A DNA stretch of 64,000 nt from Azolla caroliniana. Lineage: Eukaryota > Plantae > Polypodiophyta. Position numbers and translations under genes: made by a program. Location: contig JBHGNT010000002.1 of assembly GCA_043228905.1 (NCBI GenBank), positions 8,184,001 through 8,248,000 of the forward strand. The letters run 5' to 3'. Below are positions 1 through 11,169 of the stretch, piece after piece (position 1 is the first letter of the stretch; each line of letters starts with the position of its first letter). The notes beneath the pieces were generated by a model. That model saw nothing but the letters and a program-made list of their open reading frames with translations, ran no database searches and had not been told where the DNA came from.

Positions 1-428
1 GGAGGGATATCGTTGGTCTCCCCTAGAAGGATATCTTTCCACGTGAAGGGCATGTTGTGCCAAGATATGCATATACTTTAGATAGAATCATAATAGCTTG
101 TTTGTGCTTTGGGTAGGTGAGGAAGAAGTGGAAAAGAGTTTCAACCTCTGTCCCACATCCATAATACATTTCATTGTCCAAAATTTCGATAGATGATTAC
201 CACGATGTTGAAATAGATGTAATTTGGACCTTATTTATCAGTGCTTCAAAACTCCTCTAGAGGGTATTCACAATGCAAACATTGCATCCTTTACCTTATC
301 TTTCGAATAACGTATTAATCTACTTATTTAGAACAACCTTCTAGTTAACATTTTAGAACAAATTGCTTACATTTTTAATGTTTCATTGGAATTCGTATGA
401 GGAAATTTATGGTACATATTTCCAACCA

Positions 429-430
<2 letters not shown>

Positions 431-459
<29 letters not shown>
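431..459. repeat. (CT)n microsatellite
   Basis: Imperfect TC dinucleotide run seen directly. Confidence 0.9.
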
Positions 460-1364
460 ATCTTAACATCTTTATTGCCATTATTTCAATATTTTCATTA
501 TAACGGACATTAATATTAGCATTACTATTTTTTTTCAGAGTTTTAAAATGTTAGCATTGTGTTTTGGATTTCTAAATAGTAACGTGCCAATCTACTTTAA
601 ATTTTCAAATCGAAAACCGTTTGAGATACTTGAGAGCTTGAAATCAACTAATAGTGGGTTTTCTACTTTGGTGATCTTAAAAATATCTTGATGACAATAG
701 CATTGAATGAACATAATGGATATCAATGTTATACATAGGTATTCATTATCATCCTTCTAAGTGAATAAAGATATTATTAAGATCATGTGCCTATCATAAT
801 AATTTTTGATGATTCTTAGCTTTGTGTTAAGCAATTCTTTTTTATATTTGGAGACATTGTTCCTAGAATCCATCACCTTCGTTTTCTTTGATTATACTCA
901 GAAGTATACCATCCCTTGAGAAAAGTCCAAAGAAAACATTAAACTTTGTTTGCATTCCAACTGTGAAGGTCTAACAATAGGTGTTGAGTTGGAAATTATG
1001 TTGAAGTACACATGATTTGATCAGGATGTTTCACCTATTTTGGAAGATTTGGCGGACTCCTTAAAAGGTGAAAGGAGCAGAAGCATGGTTGAGTGATGGA
1101 AAAAAGTTGTCTGAGACAAGTCCATTGGGATGGTGAAATAGTTGATTGAAGTTGTTGACAAGTTGATGTTCGAAACATTAAAAAGAGTTTCAAGACAACT
1201 TGTTTTGTCATAAGTTTACACCTTTTAAATTTTTGTTGGAAACTTTTAAATTTGTGACATGTTATCACATGTGCTGTTTGGACAAATATTGGATGATAAC
1301 TTTCAACTAGAATTAATATATCAACCAACCGTGCTTCCACTCAAAATTGGATCTCGTACTTAAC

Positions 1365-1418
<54 letters not shown>
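1365..1418. repeat. (AG)n microsatellite
   Basis: Long perfect AG run. Confidence 0.95.
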
Positions 1419-1421
<3 letters not shown>

Positions 1422-1829
1422 CTTTACATTTACTAGAGGACAAGTTAATGCTTAAGACAAAAAATATAGATGTGGAGTATGTGTCCAATGGGCATCCATT
1501 ACAAAAACAATAGACATGATACAAAAATCAAGCATAAATAATGAGACCATAAAGTAAGGGGGTAACTACTAAGATGGGAATGGTTGGTGTTATGGCATCA
1601 TCAATAATAAGATGGTAATAAAATTAAGGTCAACACAAATGACTACACTCAATGCTAGGGAGTTTTATAAATGGCTTCTAACCAACATTATTTAAAGTTA
1701 TTATATGACTTTCATGTTTCGAAAAGGTTGAATGAAGCATGATCACTTAATGCAAAGAAAGCAACAAGTGGAAGAGAAATAAATAGAGTGTGAGCAACGA
1801 TGGCAGCGATAAACAGAGTGCGATGAGCG

Positions 1830-3209
1830 ATGGCAGAACAACGGCCAATACCTGATTCGATGCACAGAGGGGGTTCCGGTGTACCTCCCCTCGATCAACC
1901 TTCTACCTCTCCCCATATTTCAGGTAAGGTCGTCTCACTCTCCTTGTCAGATAATGATAAGAATATTGTGTTAGCAGAAGTACAATGACTACAAGAGGTT
2001 TCTCTGGTAGCTCATATGGAAGGATCAAGGCCAAATAGGCCTGAGTTGCGTCGAATGTTGTACGCTTCCTTCCCAGAAGAAATCAACACTGTTATGGACA
2101 TCCAATTCATGGGCAAAGGATGTTATTATTTGGAGTTTGCCGATTCTTCTTCAGTGGATCGTTTGTTGAAGATCAAACATACAACAATGCAAGGCAATTG
2201 GATATCTTTCTACAGGTGGACTCATAATGTGGTTGCAGATGACATTTTGCAGCACAAAGAAGCCCAGATGATCTTTTCAGCCGTTTTTCCAGGATTGAAG
2301 AAAGAATGGCATCAAGTATTAGCTCAAATAGGTTCTCTTTTAGGTACTGTAATAGTGATTAAAGATGAGGCATCACAGGAAGATGTGCGTATACGAGGAG
2401 CACCAACGGTGAGGATTTTGGCCCCTCGAAATAGTGTTTTACCATCTTCAGTGTTGCTACCAAATTTGCAAGAAAATAAAGAGCCATTGCCCCAAAGGAT
2501 TGTGTATCAGGGGCTTCCGGATTAATGTTTTATATGTAGGCATTTTGGGCATTTCGGGAAGGATTGTCCTCGGAAACGTTATCGATCAGAGGAGGCCCCT
2601 AAGCCGACTACTAAGGTGGGGAGATCTGACTGGACTCCAGTAGCAGCTAAACATACTTTTAAACAAATTAACTCACCAGTCAATTCTATAGTTTTGTTCG
2701 ATGGTAATTTGTACAATACTTTGAATAACGATGAAGATAGGAATATCTCCTCGCACAATATTGTAAGGGAGAAGAATAACGTTGTTGAAATACAGAATCC
2801 AACAACCTCGAAACATGATCATGAAGCCTTGCCTATTAAAGAAAGTAAGGATAAACATCATGGTAATCGTTTGGGGGATAAAGGGAAGCATATCATTCAA
2901 TCCTTGCCTCACCCGGTGCCTCAGGACAAGGCGCGCCAAATTGATTGTTCGGGGATTGACATGGATTGTGAAAAGGAGTTATCGTTAGTAATCTATGAAG
3001 AGGATCCATCAAAACAAAAGTCTCTCTCCATAGTGGAAACGATGGTTGCTCAAGATATTAATGATTTTTCCTTTTCGGCAGTAACTTTGGTTCCACATGA
3101 TAGTATGACATTGGACAAAGCAATGCTAGCTCGTGCACATAAATACTCCAGTAAAGATATGATGATAACTAGAAGACAATTACGTGTTGCTGAAGAGGGA
3201 AAACGCTGA
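1830..3209 (+). pseudogene. LINE ORF1 (DUF4283/RRM-like region plus CCHC zinc knuckle), two premature stops
   Basis: ATG at 1830 is in frame with track ORFs 2016-2525 and 2616-3209. Stops TGA 1986 and TAA 2523 look like C>T changes. The knuckle CFICRHFGHFGKDC follows 2525. Confidence 0.85.
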
Positions 3210-3268
3210 GGAGAAGTTTTGGCTGGAAAAAGGACAGTTTCATAATATTTAGTTTATTATTATTATTA

Positions 3269-6200
3269 ATGGATGTTCTAAATATAATCTCATGGAATGT
3301 TCAAGGATTAGGAGGTAGTAGGTTTCGAAGAATGAGAGGGGTTTTTAGACAGGAGTTAAAAAAGCCTTATGTAGGACCAATAGATGTCCTCATTATTCAG
3401 GAGCATCATTTAGGGGAACGACGCATCTTAAAATATGGGAATCTTCTCCCCGGGAGGTGGCAACAATTCTGGTTGTCGGCTTTTGGACCGAATGATACCC
3501 AGGGAGGTTTATGTATTGCGGTTTCACAGATTTGGGCTGCACATGTAAGTATGTCTGGATCATTAGCAAATAAAAGGGCACAATATATTGTTTTTCAAAT
3601 AGGAGCGATTAAGTGGGGTTTGCTTAACCTTTATGCACCGAACTATGAAGCAGCGAGGTCTCGTTTTTCTGATCATTCACCTCTTAAGTTAAAATTAGGA
3701 ATCTTACCTGGTTGTTCTTTTTTTGATCATTCACCTCTTAAGTTAAAATTCTTTTTATCATCAACTAGAAGGGCTAGTAGATTTAGAATCCCTAATTCCG
3801 TTTTTCTTAGAGATGATTGTAAACATTTTGTTCAAAGTATTTGGTTTCGATATCATTATGATGGGGAATCCGATATCTTGTTTAATGTGGTGCATGTGTT
3901 GAAAGAAATTCAAGAATTTTTTCAAAGTAAAGCGAAAGCTTTGTACCTTGATTATGATTCCAAGATTGGAAGATACAAACGAGCTTTGACAGCGTTACAA
4001 CATTTGCAACAAAGGTGGCCTAGGTCTGTAGATTTAGCTGCGAGAATTATTGATGTTGGGAAAACAATTACTGATATGCAATTGCAGAAGTCAGATTTTT
4101 GGTATCATAAATCCTTTGCAAGATGGACTAGACAGGTGGATACAATTTGTAAAGGGTTTTTTGAACCTCATCGCATTAAATCACATAAGTCTCAACCGAC
4201 GAGTATGAGACGAGTTGATGGGTCTTTTACATTGAATGTGATAGAGATGAGGGACATAACATCCTCTTTTTATAGTCATTTGTTGACAGCAGTTCCAATT
4301 TCAAGCAATAATGTGATTAAGAGGGATGTTGTTTGGGTTTCGGTCTCTAATCGAGTTTAATTGGAAATGCAAATTTCTTTGCTTGCATCGTTGCAACCTT
4401 CTGAGGTTTTGTTAGCAGCAAAGGCTTTAGGTAAGGATGTGTGTCCAGGTGTTGATGGGATGGGGGTTTCATGGTATATAGAGTATTGGGATATCATTGG
4501 TAATGTTTTGACTTCTGCCTACCAACAAATTCTTGACCATGGTTATATGCCTTAGGAATGGACAGAAGGCCTAATATATTTGATTCCAAAGGGGGATGGC
4601 CCTTTGGATGATATTCGAAAATGGAGACCTATAACACTACTTAATGTTGTGTATAAGATCTTCGCTAAAATAATAGCAACGAGGCTGCAACCTTTTTTAC
4701 CTCAACTAATTCATGATTCCCAGACGGGTTTTGTTCAAGAGAGAAGTATTTTTTATAACATTTTTTTGTTTTGGGAAATGGTGGCTATTGTAGAGCAACA
4801 ACAACAAGATTTGGCTATTTTGTTTTTAGATTTTGAGAAGGCCTATGACAGAGTAGATTGGGATTTCATGGAAGGGACATTACAATGAATGGGCTTTCCA
4901 ATGCAATGGATTAGGGCTGTCGCAACTTTGTATAGGACCGCTCATAGTTCTCTTTTGTTTGCAGGTGATGTTGGTTGTAGATTTCCAATTTCGAGATCAG
5001 TAAGACAAGGGTGTCCACTAGCTCCCTTTTTGTTTATTTTAGTCTCTGAAGCTTTTTCTGATTACCTTAGGAGTAGGAATGTACAAACTCGTGGTATAGC
5101 CTTACCGATACAAGGATATGCAACCATGATTGTTGATTCAGAATTTGCTGATGACATCGCTTTATATGTTTCTGCAGATAAGGAGAATTTGTTGAATCTT
5201 CAACAAGCAATAACAGATTTTTGTGATGCTTCAAGAGCTTTGATTAATTGGAACAAGTCTATGGGATTTTGGGTCGCGTCTTCCTCTCCTCCACAAGATG
5301 TGCCAACTCCAGGTTTTATTTTGGTGCCTCGGGGTATAGCAATAAGGTATCTGGGTTGTCAAGTAGGGCTAGAATTGTCAGCAGAAGATATGGTAACACC
5401 CCTTTTATTACGAGTTAGAAATAAATTGTTATATTGGGATACAACTAATTTGTCTTTACCTGGAAGGGTAGTTGTGGCAAACTCTGTTTTACTCGCATCA
5501 ATGTGGTTATTTTCACGTTCCATTATATTGAAATTACAACGCTTAGTTCGTAATTTTATTTGGGGAGCTTTGTTGGGATCAAGGGCTATTGCAAAAGTTG
5601 CTTGGTCGTGTCAAGATTCGAACTCTTGACATGACCAAGTTATAATCGAGTGTTATGTGTTAACCACACATCTAACATATAATCATGTATATACTTCCTC
5701 ATTGTAGGTTTTAGCTAGCATCATGTGCATAATTTCTCCCTTGTATTATTTATACTTGGCACATGCATGCGTTCCTACTGCCTACATGCTCTATTGTATC
5801 ACATGCATGCAACAGGTATGCATGCCACTTAGTATAAATAGTTGAGTTCACCTTGAAGGAATTCAAGGTGAACAACGCCAGTCATGGACATATCAATCTA
5901 GTATTCTCATTTCACCCAATCTTGTCTCCTTAATCTTCATCTCTATCATTATGCTCTTGTGTCATTCCGTCATCGCTCCGCCATAGCCTCATCATCCGTG
6001 CTCCGTCTTAGTCCACGCTTGGTGTGTCCGTGACAGGTCGGTTTTAATCCGGCCAATAAGGGAAGGTGGACTAGGCTTAATAGATCCTATGCTCCAGAGT
6101 AAGGCTCTTCTTGCGAAGCATGTTGTGAGAGGATTTATGCCTGGGGATGAGTTGTGGAAAAAGTTATGGGTGTCAGATATTCGTAACATTAAGCCTACTT

Positions 6201-7774
6201 TAGGAGGACAGTGGCAAGATAGTTGTAGATGGTTGTTTAATTCTGAATTTCCAATTAAGGCTCAATATGTTGGTTCTAGAAGATTTTTTACAGGTATTTT
6301 GAGGGCATGGAAGGACATTAGAGAGGCTCTATTATTTCAACTGCCTTCAACAGAAACCCAATTTCTAAGACAACCATTGCTATGGAATCCTTTATTTACT
6401 GATAGCTCTGGTTGTATTTTAGGTATTAGGCCGCATTTATCGTGGGGGAAAATGGACTCGGGACCAGCTACAAGTGTGGCTGATTGGGAACGTTTTCAAT
6501 TTCTCTCAAATGACGACAAAAAACAATTCTTGTCTTCATTACGTGGGGGATGTTTGATGTCCGTTCAGATTCACCAGGCTTTTCGGAATTGTTAAAGGCA
6601 AATTACCTTACATAATAATTATACATGGTACGGTCTTTTCTCACCTTTGGGCATTTTAATAGGTGCCAGGGCTTACATTGATGAGGGTGCAATTGGATTT
6701 TATGAGGTTGGAGATGCTGGTCTTTTATATTTAGTGGAAGAAGAAGCTGAAGTTATGCAACTAGCCTCCCAAAAACCCATTAGGGTAATTGCTAGGTTAG
6801 AGAAGAAGATGTTCCTGGATCCTAACCCTTTTTTGGCAGACCACGCACGTCAACTGTGGGCATTTCAAAGTAAGCCGGTGGAACACCTTAATTGGGATCC
6901 AGCTGATTATGCATGGCGGTTAAATGAACAAGAAAGTAGAACTCTTCCTTTTTTTCAGTATTTTGTGGCCTACGGGAGACGCTTCTTGTTGCAAAGCCAT
7001 TCTATAAGCCCTGTTGCACAAAAGTACTGGGAATCAGGTGCAATATCGCCTCAATATTTGGCAGTTTATTGGAAAAGTCTATGGACCTTACCATGTTTGT
7101 AGAGAGCCATTTCTTTTAAGTGGTTATTACTTCATTATGCTTTACCTGTAGGTTATCATCGAAAAGGATAGGTTCATGATAGTCGTCGTGTGTGTTGCCA
7201 ATTACAAGAGGAGACTTTGAAACATTTGTTTTGGACTTGTGTTGCAGCTCAACAATATTGGGGAAGAATACTAAGGTTGTTTTCTTGTAAATATAGAGGA
7301 GCGATTTTTACATGGGGAGCTGCTTTTTGGGGGTCTTTGGATGTCCAAGTATCAATGTACGAGGGGGAGCAATGTGTGGAAGCATTGTGTGTGTCGGAGA
7401 ATAGAATCGAAGCAGTTTTTCCGAATAGTCTAGGTGGTAAATATTTTAAACAATCTTTTGTTTGGAATATTGTCTCGATTAATGCTTTATGGGTGTGGTG
7501 GAAGTGTAGGTGTAGCAAGAAATATGAAGTTATCGAGTACAATGTGGTGGATATGATAAAGATGTTATGGGACAACTTAGTACATACAGTTAAGGGAGAG
7601 TACGATAATATAAAAGGACTAGCAGAAAAGGTGCATAAGAAAAGAAGAAAAATACGTCGGACATGGAGGGCAATACCTCTATGGTTGGATGGGACACATG
7701 AAAACTGTTGGAATTATGTGCCACCACGATGGTTGTTTCCTCCGCCTAATCCTTTCTTATTTCAGAGCACATAA
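3269..7774 (+). pseudogene. LINE ORF2 (APE endonuclease, reverse transcriptase, C-terminal zinc finger), disrupted
   Basis: Motifs SWNVQGL, IQEHH, NLYAPN, SDH; WRPITLLN, LDFEKAYDRVDW, RQGCPLAP, FADD; VAWS-VLIRPIREGGLG restored when the solo LTR is removed; C..EETLKHLFWTC. Several in-frame stops. Confidence 0.92.
5609..6035 (+). mobile_element. Solo LTR inserted in LINE ORF2
   Basis: TGTCA...TGACA termini; 5-bp TSD GGTCG at 5604-5608 and 6036-6040; TATAAATA at 5833-5840. Removing it restores the ORF2 frame. Confidence 0.93.
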
Positions 7775-8690
7775 CAACATAACTTGTTGATAAACATAGT
7801 AATTATGTTGTTATGGGAGGAAGAAGTATTCCTATGGTGTGATAGGGAGATATTTATAGACTTCTATTCAAAGAATCTGTATTGTTTGATACTTTTCGGC
7901 ATGTTTTCTTACTTACCTAATGGACTATGAAGCAGTGTCGTTGGACATGATAAGTGATGCTGTTGGTGGAAATCAAGGACATGGCAAGCCAAAATTTGGT
8001 GCTGATTAGCGAGATGGCGAGATGGTTGTTGTGGACGTAAGAAGCAAATTCTTTTTGAAGCAACATTCTTTTGAGGGATAAGGAGGAGTGAAGATGGTGT
8101 GGGGTTTGAAGCATATTATCATGAGTTGGTGAGGGAGTTCTTTTACACTAATATGTTTGCTGTCTATATGTCAGGATGCTTTATGCAATCTGAAAATGGA
8201 CAGATGGTTGATGTTGAAAATGAAGCAGATTTTTATAAAGATGGTGTTGGAGGGGGAAGCAGTTTTTTATGAGTGTCTGAGGAGAGTGATTCTTTCGATT
8301 TTTTGATGGTGTAGGGGCTGAAGCATACTTTCATGAGGGGAGAAGGAGAGCACATTGGATGTTGGTCAACGTGTCTTCCAATCTCAAGGACCTTCGTAGT
8401 AAAAGATGACAAGGATGAATGACGATGGTGTCGAGGTCAGAAGCATAATTTCATGACGGGATCCGGAGAGTAGTGTCATTATGTTTTTTCTATGTATAGG
8501 GCTTCGGTGGTCTGTTGGATGGGGAAAATAAAACAAATTCTTCTTTGATAAGGTCTGCCCCTGAAAACTTCTTTTGCAAGTATATGATGGCTTCTTTTGA
8601 ATTCCAGGAAGAGTTTTTAGAGAAGTAGAGCTTGGAGAGTCCATAAGATATGCTTTAGGTGATGCTGTTGAAGTGAAATGTGGCTAATGT

Positions 8691-9494
8691 TCTGAGTCAT
8701 TAGCTCGCTTTCGAGGAGGCTCTCTGTATATATACCCTTTGTATGGGCTTGGTGAATTAGCACAAGGTTTTGCACGACTGAGTGCAATTTATGGTGGGAC
8801 ATATATGCTTGCAAAACCAGAGTATAAGGTAGAATTTGATGACGAAGGAAAGGTTTGTGGTGTCACATCGGATGGAGAGACGGCGAGGACATGATTCATC
8901 ATATCTTCCAAACAAGGTGAAAAAGCTAGGCAGGAAATCTGACATGAATTAGTCTTTTGGGACCCGTGGATGAAATTTTCTTTGATACCTATGATAGATT
9001 TGTACCAGTCAATGAACCTTCATTGGATCAATGCTATATATCCAGTAGCTATGATGCAACCACCCATTTTGAGACCGTTGTGGAAGATGTTTTGGCAATG
9101 TATATAGCTATCATTGGAAAGGTTTTGGATTTTTCTGTGGATTTAAGTGCAGCTACTGCAACTGATGAGTATTTCTTTTTGCCATCTCTCTTTATGGGAG
9201 ACATACAGTTTATTACAGAGCCAAATTGCAATATTTTTTCTCCATATGTTAAGACTAGCCAGATTTTCTGGTGTCTTGCATAGGGTTTGCCAAGGACAAT
9301 GATCATGATTACGAATGATTATTATGGTGGGGAGTCAACATCTCTCAATCTTACACAGTTGTGGTCCAAATTTAGAGGCAGTGACAAGCCTCCTATGTTT
9401 AAAGCCGTTGATGGGAGCTATGTTTTTAACAAAGGGAAGATCCACAAGGTTCTTGCTACAGATGTAGTAGCATCCCCGCATGGGTCTATTTGAG
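8691..9494 (+). pseudogene. GDI: Scrambled intronless fragments of Rab GDP-dissociation inhibitor inside the LINE 3' region
   Basis: Four pieces: [39 protein letters not shown]...SYLPNKVKK (8691-8933); LGPVDEIFFDTYDR...SYDATTHFET...SVDLSAATA (8954-9172); NDYYGGESTSLNLTQLW..FRG (9314-9394); FKAVDGSYVFNKGKIHKV (9395-9494). Recognised from plant Rab-GDI sequences. Confidence 0.9.
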
Positions 9495-9882
9495 TTTGAC
9501 TTGGGAGATGCAAGTTATTTAAGATATATGGGACTGCAAATAGCTTGGAATGTGTCTACAGAATAACTTTCAGATTAGTTGACTAGTTTTCTCTACTTTG
9601 GAGTACATAGATTGCTTTCCTCAAACCATCATCTTATAAAGATGAGTGGGGAAAAATATTTTGTATGTTGTTGTTATGACTTTTCTAAAAACTAATGGAA
9701 GGATATGTTCTTTTGAAAAAAAAAAAAACAAGTGGAAGAGAAGCATGGTATATTTCCTATGTAAATTAGGGTTTGTTTTGCCAATTGCAAATAGAAAAGA
9801 GACTAGAGGATGTGTGATGTAATTGTCGAAATTTGTAATATTCTTGTAGAAATGTGAGAGGATTGTGTTGTTGATTGCTTCA

Positions 9883-11030
9883 CAGAAGCCATCGAGGAAC
9901 CTTTGGAAGAAGGGGGAGCTTCCATGCCGAACAAGGTTGGCAAATGAGGCCCGCAACTATTGCGGACAAATCGGCCACTGCGAGGAGTGCCGAAAAAGAA
10001 GAAGTGAGTCGGCTTCGACAAGTCGACAACTCACGAATTACACCACCAACTCCGAATACGACGACTACGGCGGACTATTTGTAATGAGCCATAGAGCGAA
10101 CTCTATGTCGGCCTCCGACTCCGCAAACACCTCCAATTCGAAAGACGCGTGGTTCGTTGATTCCGGCACCTCACATCACATGACATCCCACAAAGAGTGG
10201 TTCAATGACTTGTGTACAATGGATCGACCCGGCTACATAAAGACGAGCGACGATACCACACATCTCATTCGGCACATCGGCAACGTTCCATTCGGCAACG
10301 ACGGCAAGAACAATTGCATCAAGAATGTCTTGCACGTGCCTATGATAACGAATAATTTGGTCTCAGTAGGCCAAATCGTGGAGCAAGGAATGGAAGACCG
10401 CTTCAACAACGAAGGTTGTTTCATCGAGAAAGATGACCGACTCATAGCCAAGGGACAGAGAGACGGTCATCTTTCTCGATGAAACAACCTTTGTTGTTGA
10501 AGCAGACTTCCATTCCTTGCTCCATGATTTGGCCTACCGAGACCAAATTCTTCGTTATTGTAGGCATGTGCAAGACATTCTTGATGCAATTGTTCTTACC
10601 GTCGTTGCCGAATGGAACGTTGCCAATGTGCTGAATGAGATGTGTGGTGTCGTCTCCCGTCTCTATGTAGCCGGGTCGATCCGGTGTACGCAAGTCATTG
10701 AACCACTCTTTGTGGGATGTCATGTGATGTGAGGTGCTGTAATCGACAAACCACACGTCTTTCGAATTGGAGGTGTTTGCGAAGTCGGAGGTCGACATAG
10801 AGTTCGCTCTATGCCTCATTACATAGAGTTCGCCGTAGTCGTCGTATTCGGAGTTGGTGACGTAATTCGTGAGTTGTCGACTTGTCGAAGCCGACTCGCT
10901 TCTTCTTTTTCAGCACTCCTCCCCGCCATGGCCAATTTTTCCGCAATAGTTGCAAGTTGCGGTCCTCATTTGCCGACCTTGTTTGGCATGGAAACTGCCC
11001 CTTCTTCCAAAGGTTCCTTGATGGCTTCCA
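9883..11030. repeat. Long inverted repeat (about 560-bp arms, very short loop) of a Copia gag/protease fragment
   Basis: 9883-10440 is the reverse complement of about 10462-11030, roughly 90% identical by eye. The left arm encodes WFVDSGTSHHMT, the right WFVDYSTSHHMT. Confidence 0.93.
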
Positions 11031-11169
11031 TGAAGGTTTGAGTTCCCTTCGTGTGATGGGCCGAATTGACCTCTTCTATCGCCGTGACCTCGTCCTCGGC
11101 CACCGTCCGAACTTGAGAAGAGCATTTGTCCTTTTGACGTCTTCATCTTGGTTCAGACGTGGTTCTCTT

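Larger units (their letters stand above)
1779..9726 (+). mobile_element. Full-length L1-clade LINE retrotransposon (decayed)
   Basis: 16-bp TSD AACAAGTGGAAGAGAA at 1763-1778 and 9727-9742; A-run at 9716-9728; ORF1 followed by ORF2 (APE-RT-zinc finger); about 1.9 kb of 3' region. Confidence 0.92.

Noticed and set aside
1-1340. ORF 1035-1340 and the AT-rich leading region
   Set aside because: No recognisable domain or termini; left unannotated.
8021-8457. CRISPR-like array
   Set aside because: The repeats are highly degenerate, spacing is irregular, the context is eukaryotic and there are no cas genes.
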